The notes under the pieces: model-generated | Told to the model about the DNA's origin: nothing | What the model saw: the letters and a program-made list of their open reading frames with translations, nothing else | The model's database searches: none | In this document: piece after piece, positions 1 through 13,271 of the stretch | Layout: each line of letters starts with the position of its first letter | Position numbering within the stretch: position 1 is the stretch's first letter | Program-made: the position numbers and the translations under genes | Assembly (NCBI GenBank): GCA_951406725.2 | Contig: OX597819.1 | Span: 20,150,001-20,214,000, forward strand | Source: Octopus vulgaris | Taxonomy: Eukaryota | Length of the DNA: 64,000 nucleotides | Direction of reading: 5' to 3'

Positions 1-338
1 GTAGAGTAGATGAAACCATGGCGACTGAAGAAGGGGTTTTTTCCTTGTGTTATTTGTCCTGTACTCTATTTTTTTGTTGTTTAAGAAAAATATCCAGTTC
101 CTTGGGTTTGTGTCTATGTTTTCGTTTCTCATTGTGTTCGACTTTTTTTGGTGTCCTGTACTCATATATGCGTATATATATACATGTAGAGGTTGGTACG
201 TACATATATGTATATATATATATATAAGCATATGTTTTATTTATTAATATATATATATATGCATATATATAAAGGAAATGAAGAAAATGCTGACAAAATA
301 ATTTAAGTAAGGGAGAGTGTATTTAATTAGGTGAAAGT

Positions 339-378
339 TCTTTTTACCGGTTGCGCATTTGTTATGCATATCAAAAGA
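339..378 (-). ncRNA. Decayed minimal hammerhead ribozyme motif in a (TA)n-flanked insert (about 270-450)
   Basis: Minus strand reads tctt-TTGATAT-gcat-aacaa-atgc-GCAAC-cg-GTA-aaaaga. Stem II and the palindromic ACCGGT stem III are intact, but both core boxes are mutated. Confidence 0.35.
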
Positions 379-448
379 TATTTTTAAAGAGAGACAGAGA
401 TAGAGTTCCTTTCTGATAGATTTTTTTCTCTTATCTGATAGATTTTTT

Positions 449-486
<38 letters not shown>

Positions 487-2835
487 TTAGGCTGAACGTT
501 ACAAGCTGACGACATCCTCATGTTTCATCAGCTGAGCCTTAGAAGTTTACTCAGTAACAACAGCAATACATTATCATTGTAAATGGAATAAAAATCTGGA
601 CAATCTTGAAATTAGATAATGTATATTGCCAGATGTGTGACAGAGAAATACGGTAACTTTTGATTTGACGGTTGTGTCACTAATTAAACGAACACATTAG
701 TATAAATCGATAATATATTGGTGTAGGTAATTTTAGTTGACGAGACGTATGATGAAACGCCGCTGTTTCCGAATCCATTGCGCAAATCATCCGCGGGTGT
801 TATGAACTCACTGTCATCGTAAATGTTTGTTGTACTCCTGTGGCGTTTCGTGCTCAAACTTGCTTGAGTGTTTTAAGAATAAGCATGTGGGATTGCTTCA
901 GGTCTTACTGCATGCGATGTAAATAACAATTTTGCTTTCTTCTGTTGGGAGTTGTAAGTATCATTCAGCAAGAAATTTGTTTTCCGAATTTATAAACAAA
1001 TCTAGTGGCATGTTTATGCCCAAATCGTCCGGCTTATTCTAGTTGACGAAATTAGCACTTTGAAAACACTGGTGTCCCAGAAAACCTTGCGCCGATGAGA
1101 CGAGTGTTTTGTACATACTCTCGTTGTATAAATTCCTCTCTTCTAGCATAGTTTACATCGACAAGCATATTTGGAGCTATACACTGCCTTGACGTATTAA
1201 GCATAAATATATCAATAGTCTTTATAAAATACAAGGGAATTCAAAATGCGCTGTATACATTCTGAATCTTGAATTTTATGTCAAACGGTTGGGAAAAACA
1301 ATTATCTCCGAAACAAGTAAATATTTTATCATGTACCAGATGCGTGATGAAGTTTATGAAGAAAACTCATTAAAGCATCATAGTACGCTTATAACATCGA
1401 CCAACATATTAGCAGATATTTACGCGCACACGCACGTTTTGTATATTAGATACAAGGTTCGTATATTAGATTCTTTCACCGACCTCATTAGGAAATGTAT
1501 ATAAAAAAGAACTTTCTTATAGTTGGCGTTGTTGTGTTGCTATATTTTCGCGCTAAAACATCTAGCGGCATACTTCATATCCCCTTCAGCTATCTCAGTA
1601 CCGCTAGGTATGTCGTGTGTACCACCCTTTTTCTGATAACTACTTCATTAATATGGCACTACCCTCGACTAATTTTGCATGATATCATGTGAAATTAGCC
1701 AGTTTTCTTTTAAAGTGTTCACCTACTCATAATATCGTTTCCTTTACTTCCATCTCGTGGTCTATATTTTTTTATAAATCCAACGGATCTAGTATTGTTT
1801 TCTATTATCGAAAATCCAGTGTTATGCTCAACTGAACAGCTTACTTTCTGAATATACTTGCAATTGAATATCCTACCGACAACCCTAATTTTAACGTAAC
1901 CCTTAGAACGATACAGTTTGTCGTAAATCTCGCCGCTTTATTTAATGATTCAATGAAACCCCGGACATTTGCACAGCTTTAGTCTTCCCAATCTAACTTC
2001 TTTCGACTTGAGGATATAATAGAAATATTCTGGTCGAAGAAAAATTGTGGTGGGAGAAAACTGTGAACACACGATTGGGAAACGAACTTTTTACATGAGG
2101 ACCCAAACCTCTGGATGTAGTATATATTTTCTTAGAAGACAGGTCTGGTGTAGGATAAACATCAGAGACGTGGCTAAATATAACAGCAGCAACACGTTAT
2201 AATATAGATAAGATACATCACTCATTTGTCTCAGGCCGTTATATATAACGTCCCTTTAGGCTTCAAAATGAACAAGATGTATAACGATTTAAATCGTTAT
2301 ATTTTACATCAGTACACGATATAAATTCCTTAATGTCTATGTATATGAATGAGCGCGTGGTTCTTTTGTGGTGAGAGTGTAGATACAAGTTTGTGACAGT
2401 ATCACTACATATATCTTCTCATCTGTGTTTATATAGATATATGTATGAGTCTGTTCTTAGAGCTGTTTCCACAGATTTTACTATATCCCTAACTACAAAT
2501 GAAAAATAAATTGTATAGTTATTTCCTTTAAGACGCCAGTGTGTGTATTGTATTATTTTTTTATTTCTCTGTCACCCTCCGTCTCACCCACTCTCTTTAC
2601 TTTAACAGTTCAAATTCATGATGGGACCGATATCTTGATGCAGATACCTGCCTCTTTATTTAGCAATTCATCAAAATACTTTTTACATTATATTCTATCA
2701 GCATTGCCATTCTACGTTTTAATGGTTTCGGCGTCAGTTGGGTGTTTCATACTTCTTATTTATATTTCTATAAACGTCTACATATGTGTACGTGTGCATG
2801 CGTGACTGTACATATACATACACACTTATACATGT

Positions 2836-3008
<173 letters not shown>

Positions 3009-3844
3009 GTGTGTGAATTTTTCTTGTCTTTTGTATTTGGGTCGTTGCTATTGCTTGTTTTGTTATATTTCCTTATTTTGTTCTATAGTGTAGCTCTTTG
3101 TTACTTCAGCAGGAGAAAACTGGTGTCTGGGAGAGACAGCTCTTCGATCACAGCGGACAGCATCGTATTTCCATTTATCTTTGAAACAATGATAAGTTCT
3201 CAGTCTTGTCAGAAGTGTAAAAGAGTGTTTTGCCAAATTACATACAAAGATTTCCATGAATTGATATGCCTTCAGTTTTATTTATTTTTTTTTTTTTACA
3301 GAGACGCTAAAGAATATGCTTCTGTTTTATCAAACACTGTGTGAAGTATAAGAAAGAATATACACACAAAATAAAATAAAATTGGACTATTAAATTTCGG
3401 TTAAAATAGGTAGCCATAAGTAGATTAGATAGTGTAAAAGTAATATAATACATATATTTAATGCACAAGCTAACCTATCGGAATTGACAGCGGAGGGGGG
3501 GATACAGTGAGAGAGAAAAAGAGAGAACAAACGCAAAGAGAGCTGGGTTCAATAAATATTGGAATTGAACACAAAACTGCAATATTGCTTGTGATTAATA
3601 AGGAAAAATACTTCAAGTCTCTGCAAACAGTATCGATGAGAGCAACTTGTAGGTCTACTGGCCACTTAAAAAAATCATAGTCTTCCGGCAGAATGCATCG
3701 GCTCCGCCCCTTTCTCCACACTTCTTTTTTTTTACCCTTGCTTGTTTCTTATATGTATCTGTGTGCGTTCGTGTGTGTGTGTGTGCGTGAATGTGTGTGC
3801 TTACATAGTCACACACATGCTTATACATACATATATACATATCA

Positions 3845-4096
3845 GAGACCCCCTTCGGTCACGACACAGACCATGGGATTGCACCTAGAAAGTTACCCTC
3901 CTAGACACAAGTCCGGGCGAGGTTGTTTATGGAAGACCAGCAGTCGCCCATGCATACCAGCCTCCCTTCTCCACGCCACCAGTGTTATCCAAGGGAAAGA
4001 CAAAGGTCGATACAGCTTGGCACCAGTGACGTCGCAACTCATTTCTACAGCTGAGTGAACTGGAGCAACGTGAAATAAAGTGCCTTGCTCAAGAAC
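3845..4096 (-). mobile_element. 5'-truncated SINE with CORE-like central domain
   Basis: Minus strand tgttcttgagcaaggcactttatttcacgttgctccagttcactcagctg resembles CORE/V-type SINE domains. GC-richer island bounded by microsatellites. Confidence 0.6.
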
Positions 4097-4101
4097 ATAT
4101 A

Positions 4102-4211
<110 letters not shown>

Positions 4212-4212
4212 T

Positions 4213-4572
4213 AATAAATGAAAGAATGGAGTCGAACGAAGATGTTAACAAAATTCCTTTACTCTCGACACATGTTTCGAAGACATCTTTCCTGATGAGA
4301 AGATTACATAATGCACCCTTTATTCCTTCGGAGTGAAAATATGCTGTCTTCGAAACCTGTGTCGAGAGTAAAGGAATTTTGTTAACATCTTCGTTAGACT
4401 CCATTCTTTCATTTATTCATATACAACACACAAATTTCTACACATGAAGCCGGAGTTTCTACCCTTGACAGGTCGCTTCAACCGTGTTTTCTGACGTGAA
4501 TTTGGTACCCAGATTTCGCTTAAATGAATTTTTCATGCTGACGATAAACATAGGATAATTCATTCACCTACT

Positions 4573-4575
<3 letters not shown>
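4213..4575 (+). mobile_element. HHR-bearing fold-back insert in (TA)n (PLE pLTR / retrozyme-like)
   Basis: 73-bp inverted arms 4213-4285 and 4345-4417 (2 mismatches) around a hammerhead; (TA)n on both sides. Confidence 0.75.
4287..4368 (+). ncRNA. Type I minimal hammerhead ribozyme
   Basis: ctttc-CTGATGA-gaaga...tcttc-GAAAC-ctgt-GTC-gagag. The inverted copy shows the palindromic loop form GAAACATGTGTC. Confidence 0.75.
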
Positions 4576-4631
<56 letters not shown>

Positions 4632-4732
4632 GCATGTATATGTACACACACTCACACACATACATATACATGCATATGTATATGTTTATGTTTATATATA
4701 TGTTTGTATGTATATACGCACACACACATATA

Positions 4733-4795
4733 GATATATGCCAGAAGGTTTGCAAATCCAGCAGACGCCTCAAAAGACATTTTAAGATCCACAAA
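4733..4795 (+). pseudogene. Isolated C2H2 zinc-finger-like fragment, probably a LINE 3' end
   Basis: DICQKVCKSSRRLKRHFKIH; the first Cys is lost into the microsatellite, and no splice context is evident. Confidence 0.35.
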
Positions 4796-4983
4796 GAACA
4801 GAACTTATCTGCAAGTCATTGTGGTTCAAATGAGAGGTGCACTCTGTCTCTGTGGTTTTCTCCTCAGCCACTTCAGATGCCATGATTGTGTGCAGGTTTA
4901 AGTACAGGAAGTGGTCAAACTCTGCATAAGGAGTAGACAAATATCATATATATATATATATATGTATATATATGTATATACTT

Positions 4984-5484
4984 TTAATTAATAAATATAA
5001 GGGTAGCAAAAAACTCTAGAAAAAATTATCCGCTACCAGCGGTCCAGCGAAAAAGAAAATATAGTCAAAGACTATATAATATGCATTCAAAAATATAAGG
5101 AATGGCCATAATAGGACATTCGACTCACTAGAAAGAGCAGCCAAACTCAAACCGCTAATAGTTATAATTCTGAAATTGAAAGAGAATTAAAAACTTTTAC
5201 CTCTTTCATCTCTGGACTATGCATAGTTTCGGCAAACTTTGGTAAACAAATTAATTAAATTAAATTAAATTTATTTACAACTGGCGTGCCTCGTCAGCAG
5301 AGAAGCCAAGGACGAGTATATATCCACGAGACGAGGGTAAGGAAGCCTCTAGTCTACCGCAATCGCGTGGTAAATATAAATTAAATCAGCAGTAAATATA
5401 AACTGCTGATTTAATTTCAAAATTAGCCAAAAAATCATTAATTAATAAATATAAGGGTAGCAAAAAATTCTAGAAAAAATTATC
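4984..5484 (-). mobile_element. 454-bp HHR-bearing monomer plus 47-bp terminal direct repeat, in (TA)n
   Basis: ttaattaataaatataagggtagcaaaaaa(c/t)tctagaaaaaattatc occurs at 4984-5030 and 5438-5484; internal HHR; TA tracts on both sides. Confidence 0.8.
5209..5303 (-). ncRNA. Canonical type I hammerhead ribozyme
   Basis: Minus strand: tctctg-CTGACGA-ggca...tgcc-GAAAC-tatgcata-GTC-cagaga. 6-bp stem I, extended stem II, palindromic stem III (ACTATGCATAGT), all core nucleotides intact. Confidence 0.9.
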
Positions 5485-5523
5485 ATGTATATATATGGGT
5501 ATATATATATATGTGTATATATT

Positions 5524-5610
<87 letters not shown>

Positions 5611-6122
5611 GTGTGTATGTATATATATATATGCTCTAACTTGATGGCATTATCTGAAACACGTTCTGTAGTATTATAATCAATTCAATAGGCAATTGCT
5701 GACGAGTGGTGTCCATTTGTCGGTGCCTTGTCGAGAATTCTTGAAAGAAATTTATCCAGATATTATTTGATCGTAATAAGATCACTTTGTTCTTTGCTTT
5801 CTTTAGGGTAGTGTGGAATAGAGCCTGTCTTGTTCAGAACAAGCAAATGTGTTGCAATGTGGTCATGTGTTTGTGTTGAGCGCCTGAATTGCGTAAATGG
5901 CGTATGTACGAGTCACCAGCCGTTCATGACTTCTGAATTTGTTTTCTCTTGAAGTACACGCTTGATTCTGTGGACTGTCTTATCTAGAAACACTACAATG
6001 TTACATAAGTGCAGTAGTGTCTAGTTGGTCTGCAAAGTTTCAGTTAAGTACGTTCTGAGGTGGAGATAGAAATGAAGGAAAAATCAGACAACTGTGTCAT
6101 ACGAAATTGTTATCATTCATAA

Positions 6123-6710
6123 GGCGGCGAGCTGGCGGAAACGTTAGCATGCCGGGCGAAATGCTTACCGTCTGCCTCTACGTTCTGAGTTCAAATACTG
6201 CCGAAGTCCACTTTGCTTTTAATCCTTTCGGAGTCGATTAAATATGTACCAGTTACGCACTGGAGTCGATATAATCGACTTAGTCCATTTAACTGTCCTT
6301 GTTTGTCCCTTTTTTATTTAGCACCTTGTGGCTAGTAAAGAAATAGGTATTTCGTCTGCTGTTATGTCCTCATTTCAAAATCCGGCGAGGTAGACTTTGC
6401 ATTTCATCATTTAGGGGTCTATTAAATAAGTACCAGTTACGCACTGAGGTCGATATAATCGACTTAATCCGTTTGTCTGTCCTTATTTGTCTCCTCTATG
6501 TTTAGCCCCTTGTGGGTAATAAAGAATTAAGAAACGTTAGCACGCCGGGAGAAATGCTTAGCAGTATTTCGTGTCTTTGCGTTCTGAGTTCAAATCCTGC
6601 CTCTTATTCTTTTGGGGTCGATAAATTAAGTACCAGTTGCGTACTGGCGTCAATCTAATCGAGTACCCACCTCCCCCAAAATTTCAGGCTTTGTACCTAG
6701 TGTACAAAAC
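6123..6710 (+). mobile_element. Composite (three-body) tRNA-derived SINE, family A
   Basis: Head ggcggcgagctggc...gagttcaaat (A/B boxes). The central ctttcatcctttcggggtcgataaattaagtaccag domain (Meta-domain-like) recurs three times. Confidence 0.85.
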
Positions 6711-7696
6711 TATTCACCATTCATATCTTCTCGATACTATTCGGTTTCAAGGTTCAAATACAACCCTCAAATTCATAAAACACGACACGCAGCCACTTCT
6801 ACTACTACTGCAACTGCTGCTTCCACATCTATTCCTGCTGCTGCTGTTAACACCACAACTACAATTAACTTATTAGTTGTCATTCTACTATTACTACTAC
6901 AACAACCTGTCAGTAAAATATTTTGTGCGTCCGTCCATTTCAGTTAGTGTTTAAAATAGGCGCTCTTTTCATAGACCTAGCTGTAAGCATGACATCAACA
7001 ACCAATACGCGAACCAGAGGACACAGCAGCCTGCCAGTGGTCCAGTCAGCCAGCCCAGCAGGCGGTCATTCAACCAGCCAACCGACAAGCTAGCCAACAC
7101 GTCAGCTAGCATTCACATTGTTTGGTATTGTTCCGTTTCTGGACACGAAGATAACACAAATATTAAAACGGCGTCAAAAACGACCATTTATACAGCGATT
7201 CTATTGTGAAGAAAATTTCTTTTCAACTATAATAAATATTTAGTAAAAGTAGTTGGAATTTAATTCCTCCATTTATATTCTTTGTTTTACTCTTTGATGT
7301 TTGGCCGGCACTTAAATGTGATTTTAACTGATAGAGACGTCTTTTAAGTAGGAACAATAACTCGTGTTGGTGATTTATGCGAATATATTTCAGTAAAGTC
7401 ATTTAATGAAGACTGCTAGTGTGCGCGTATGTGTGTGTGTGTTTGTGTGTGTGTGTATGTGTTTGTGTGTGTGCGTGTACTTATGCGTTTCTGTGTGATT
7501 GTGTGTGAATTTTTGTTGTTGTTCTTCAACAAACTTGTATAATAGGAAGATAAAATTCTGCTACCTATTGTGTTTTCACACAGATATTTCACAACGCTTA
7601 TACAATTTTATAATAAAGCTACAAGTCAATATCGAATAGGCTGTCGTTCATGATACTTAGATATATATACTTGATTGCATAATATATATGTATACA

Positions 7697-7751
<55 letters not shown>

Positions 7752-7801
7752 TTCTATGTATGTATTAGCAAGTTTGTGTCTGTGCGCGGGCACACACACA
7801 A

Positions 7802-7843
<42 letters not shown>

Positions 7844-7904
7844 GAAAATAGATAGACTGATAGACAGAGAGAAAGATAAGCAGGCAGACAGACAGAAAAC
7901 ATAC

Positions 7905-7972
<68 letters not shown>

Positions 7973-8120
7973 CGATAGATAGAAAGATACTAATATGCAT
8001 ATACGATTAAGGTATAGTGAGTGTGTGCCTGGTTCGTCTGTGTGTATTTACAGTTTTAATCGTATGATGGCACTTACATCAAAATGTATGTGTGTGTGTA
8101 TGTGTGAGTATATGTATATG

Positions 8121-8184
<64 letters not shown>

Positions 8185-8191
<7 letters not shown>

Positions 8192-8404
8192 TCAATATAG
8201 GGTGGCAAAAAAAATTTTGTAGAATTCTTTTGCCTCCAGCGGCCTAGTGGGAAAAAATTAAATAGTCATAAACCATTTTTAAGTTCAACATTAACAATCA
8301 ATGAACGGCCATAATAGGCCATTCACCCACTAGAAATAACAGCCAAAAGCTTGGCTGTTATTTCTAGTGGGTGAATGGCCTATTATGGCCGTTCCTGATT
8401 GTTA

Positions 8405-8408
<4 letters not shown>
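8185..8408 (-). mobile_element. Truncated relative of the 4984 element ending in a 120-bp palindrome
   Basis: Homologous to about 4984-5145 (same left junction, ccagcgg, ggccataatagg, ctagaaa..cagccaaa). Palindrome 8288-8408 with 4-nt apex aagc; within (TA)n. Confidence 0.75.
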
Positions 8409-8747
<339 letters not shown>

Positions 8748-9140
8748 ATGATGTATATATATACATACATATATCTGACTGATAGTGGATGGGTTCTTAA
8801 AATATGTGTAATTCTTCATATTAGAGAGTCATTTCATACTTTATATGACATAGATGCTGAGAAGCCTCAGTCACAGACTGGCGTACACATATTCACAAAA
8901 ATATAGACACAAATACGCAGACATGTGATGTATGTGTATCAATGTAGAAAAAAATAAATACACCTACTCACAGTAATAAGCATACATTTACGCATATGTT
9001 TGTCGGCACAATTTCAATTTATACACATGCACTTATGTTATACTAGTGTATATATGTAATTAACTACACACTTATCTACATACATGCATGCGTGTGTGTG
9101 TTAACAATATATGTAACCATTCCAAGTGTATTGAATACGA

Positions 9141-9470
9141 AGCATGCTTCCCAACCACATGGTCCGGGTTCAGTACTACTGCGTGGCAGTTTGGGCAAAT
9201 GCCTGCTATTATAGCCCCGGGACGACCAAAGCCTTTCTGAGAAGATTTTGCCGACGGAAGCTGAAAGAAGCCCGTTGCACATATGTGTTAAGTCTGAGGG
9301 TGTCTGTCAATCATCGCACGGCAACCGATGTTGGTGCGTTTACGTCCCCGTAATTTAGTGGTTCGGCGATAAAATAAGTACTAGGTTTACAAAGAGTAAG
9401 TTGTGAGGTTGATATGTTGAAGGCGGTGCTGCTGCATGACAGAAATAAGTAAAAGAATAAAAGAATAACA
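9141..9470 (+). mobile_element. Decayed tRNA/CORE-type SINE, family C
   Basis: Homologous to the copy at 59240-59709 (ccaaccacatggt, gaccaaagcctt, gacggaa.ctgaaagaagcccg). Confidence 0.75.
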
Positions 9471-10034
9471 GAATAAGTACTTCTCTCTCTCACACACACA
9501 CTCTCTCTCTCTTTCTCTCTCTCTCTAACTATCTATTTATATATACATGATGGCTGCCCCCTCGTTATCGAGTATGGCCATTGCACGAAGCTTAACTGCT
9601 GTTGGTGCTGTGATCGAATGTGACTTTTATTTGCTTTTTAAGGCTACAGCCAGCCATTCAATTGAGACTCACAGCACCATCAACAATCATGAACAATGTT
9701 GTTATCGTGCAATGCATGTGCAAGAAGATTTTTATTAAAGTGAGGAAAGGCTGTGCACTGAGTCAATCCCACTCACTGAGCAAAAGCAGCCATAATCCGA
9801 AAAGAAGAACAAGTCAACATCATCGGTAACCACTGAGCCGCAGTTTTATGTCAGAGTTATCCCAGTCACCTGAGTTACCTTCTCCTAGAAGGATGCCCTA
9901 ACAAAGGCTAGGAGTCTTTCACTCCCAATGGTTTAACCGCGCGATCGGGTATTCCGTCCGATTATTTCTCTGTCCCCGCGCATGATACAGCCTTAAGCCT
10001 TAAGAAACAAATAACAAAAAAAAAAACACATTTA

Positions 10035-10209
10035 TTGGATGGCCGTTGACTCTCAAGAGTTCCTCCGCCCTTTGACGGGTTTTGTTTTTCCTCCCACAGA
10101 GTGTCCAATAGACACCATCCCCACCAAGCAAGCTTGGTGGGGTTGCCGGTTTAGTCGCCGACGGCCCTACTATGCAACAGGTTGTACTGGGTTACATGTT
10201 ACCAGTAGC
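10035..10209 (-). mobile_element. Possible 5' UTR fragment of an RTE-type LINE
   Basis: GC-rich island; minus strand ggcgactaaaccggcaacc. A similar ggcgactaaaccgg occurs at about 18527-18540 near the RTE remnant. Confidence 0.3.
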
Positions 10210-10231
10210 ATACATACATATATACATACAT

Positions 10232-10297
<66 letters not shown>

Positions 10298-10394
10298 AAC
10301 CTTCGCCCCTCCTTAATTCTTCTGTCTCTCTGCCTCTGACTTTCTCATTTCTCTTCCCACGTGACCGACATTCGGCCATGCTTGATCTTTCTTG

Positions 10395-11460
10395 GTCTGG
10401 ACGTTGCCCGTGCAAATCGATATTCCTCCCTGTGCCTGTGAAATATTCTGTCCCTCTTGTAAGGCTTTATTCCCACACACGCCAGCTTAATTTAAGTCGT
10501 CCTTACTCGAAAGACACATGTTGTTATGTCCTGTTGTTATTTTTATTGTATTTGTGTAACACTGTCCGTAATTTTCCGTCCTTGATTTTGCATACATTCG
10601 CTGCTTTCTTCCAAGGTCACTAATGCTCTTAGCTTAGTTTTTACTTGAGTTTGTCCAGATTGGAGCAATCTCGAGTGTAATTGGCCGCAGTTCCAAAGAT
10701 AATCTGGTACTTGACTGAGGAAAGAAAACTTCCAATGACCCGTCTTTGGTTTCCTTGTATCGTCTATCTGGATGGTTTGTCTCATTTTTGTATCATCTAG
10801 CTGTCCGGATGTTTTGCGTTCTTGTCGCATTTCGTATTCTATTTTGTATTTGGAATACAAGATAATATAACAGATTTTACATATGAATTTTATGGATTAT
10901 TGCAGAAGAATATCCAAGGAAGTATATATGGATTTAAAGACTCTCATCAAAAGCAGTAATTTTTAATCTATATTTCCAACACCGTTTTATAGTTTTACTT
11001 CAAATTTAAAAAGAGCAGAAGAGGTGTCGATCACGTGGAAAGAGAAGAGAGAAAGGTACAACAAAACATCCAGATAGACGATACAAGGAAAACAAAGACG
11101 GGTCATTCGAAGTTTTCTTTCTTCAGTCAAGCACCAGATTATCCTCGCAATATCGGGTGATTATTCTTGAGATTCCTCCAATCTGGTCATCCCCAAGGAA
11201 AAACTAATCTTAGAGCGTTAGATTCCTTGGAAGAAAGCAGATAATGGATACACAAATCAAGGACGAAGAAAACGGACAATGTTACACAAATATAAATATA
11301 AATACAATAAAAATAATAACAGGACATAACAACAGGTGTCTTTCGAGTAAGGTCGAATTGAATTAAGCTGGCGCGTGTGGAAATGAAGCCTTACGGCAGA
11401 GATACAAAGATTTCACAAACACAGGGAACAATATCGATGTTGCACGGACCACGGTCAGAC
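10395..11460. repeat. Two diverged, inverted copies of an about 400-bp interspersed repeat
   Basis: 10395-10780 (+) matches 11062-11460 (-), e.g. ccttactcgaaagacac / gtgtctttcgagtaagg and ccttgtatcgtctatctggatg / catccagatagacgatacaagg. Confidence 0.8.
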
Positions 11461-11462
11461 AA

Positions 11463-11980
11463 TTTCTCATCGTTTTTCAATAGAAATAAATTACACTCTA
11501 CATCTCTGTCAAACTTCGTCTGTTGGTTTTAACAGAATGAAATAGAATATACAAACCACTGGTCCATTATAAAAAAAAAATGCTGCACCATATAACTGGA
11601 CTTCACCAGTATGCAACATATGGCAGGAAGAAACCTAGGAAATAATTGTATCCAGGGAATACGTGATCAATTTTCACTCTGGGAAGCTCATATCCTGTAG
11701 GCATAGGGACAAAATATCATTCATGGGAACTTTAAATAAAAATTTGAGAAGAATTAATAAATTATTAAATAGTGAAGGAAACCAAATAAATGAAAATCCC
11801 AATGATTCTCACTATAACAACAGCAACATTGAAAAAAATCACCATAAGGAGGATGGTATTAATCCGTTTGCTCAACAAACCCCACTCTATAGCAGCTGAC
11901 CACTAGATGGTTTCAGAATTTATTGAGGAGAGTCGGGTCTTCTATGAAATAGAGCAAAATGAATTACTACCATCCTTACC
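11463..11980 (+). pseudogene. Penelope-like element GIY-YIG endonuclease C-terminal remnant
   Basis: Translates, with stops and frameshifts, to FSSFFNRNKLHSTSLSNFV..HWSII..APYNWTSPVCNI..EIIVSREYVINFHSGKLISCRHRDK. This matches the PLE pattern STxLS.YIW..WSI..PYN..CNLC..E..LNKRSE..CRH. Confidence 0.7.
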
Positions 11981-12587
11981 ACTGGTGAATGAACGACAAT
12001 CCTTGAAATCTATAGAATGTAAAGCAAATAGATCCAACACCACCACGCACATCTCCATCCCCATATTACCACCATTCCTTCCTCTACTCTCATCATCCAC
12101 CTCGACACACCAAGTACATACAGAAATATCCACATAGTGAGATTGGCCTTCATACTGGCAAGAAGAGAAAAAAAAACATTCCTCTGTGATTCATCCAATA
12201 ATGCAGTATCACCTGATGAAATGAACCGATGATGATGATCAACCACAAGCTCAAGGATAATACGAACGATACTGTACTAATGCCAAAGATATGGGCTCTG
12301 ACGTCAAAATCATATGATTTGTGGAAACGTGTGTAGTTATGTATTAAATATTTATAAATTCCATCCTAGAATTACTGTTGTTGTTTTTGTTGTTGTTGTT
12401 GTTTTTGTTGCTGTTGTTGTTGTTGTTGTTCTTCTTCTTCTTCTTCTTCTTCATAGTTTATTTTCATTATAACTTTATTTCAGCTGCCTGAAATTATCAG
12501 ATTGCTTCCATGTAGAATGCTTTCCATAGTATATGGGCTGTACTGGTACTGCCTGGCAATGCATCATATTAATATTTATTATTAATG

Positions 12588-12608
12588 TTGCTGCTGCTGC
12601 TGCTGCTG

Positions 12609-12668
<60 letters not shown>

Positions 12669-12714
12669 TTACTACTACTACTACTACTACTACTACTATT
12701 ATTATTATTACTAC

Positions 12715-12768
<54 letters not shown>

Positions 12769-12776
12769 CATTATTA
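12588..12776. repeat. Compound trinucleotide microsatellite (GCT)n(ACT)n(ATT)n
   Basis: Directly visible. Confidence 0.95.
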
Positions 12777-12961
12777 TATATATATACATATGGGTGTGTG
12801 TATGTATAGAGTATTTAAAATGGTGAACAGATAGCGAATGTTAAGAAGATATATATGTATAAATATTCTTCGTTTTCGAAACCTAGACTTAGGAACACAT
12901 AAAGATATAAGTAATAGCGTATACATAGTGGGTTCAAACCCTCAGAGTAGAAAATGCCGAA

Positions 12962-13025
12962 GGCTGCCCATCGAATTCGAACCCATATCTCCAGTATACA
13001 CGACAAGCGTTCTGCCATTGGTCCA
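12962..13025 (-). mobile_element. tRNA-like SINE head (decayed)
   Basis: Minus strand tggaccaatggcagaacgcttg...atgggttcgaattc has A-box and B-box-like motifs at tRNA spacing, but the acceptor stem does not close. Confidence 0.45.
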
Positions 13026-13126
13026 ATAATTTTCTCGAATTTTGAGAACATGTTCCCTCGAAGTTTAAAATATCTGATGACGGCAACAAGATACAGTAGT
13101 AACTGTTAACGGTATTAAGAGCATGA

Positions 13127-13271
13127 CCGAGGTCGACTTTGCCTTTCATCCTTTCGGGGTCGATAAATTAAGTACCAGTTACGCACTGGGGTCGATGTAA
13201 TCGACTTAATACCTATGTCTGTCCTTGTTTGTCCCCTCTGTGTTTAGCCCCTTGTGGGTAATAAAGAAATA
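13127..13271 (+). mobile_element. Young 5'-truncated family A SINE with 16-bp TSD
   Basis: ggtattaagagcatga duplicated at 13111-13126 and 13272-13287. Confidence 0.9.

Noticed and set aside
12294-12338. HHR downstream of the PLE remnant (ctgacgt..gaaacgtgtgta)
   Set aside because: Core and stem I are too degenerate to call, although the position is suggestive.
13070-13110. ctgatga..gtaactgtt possible HHR
   Set aside because: GAAA box and stems not supported.
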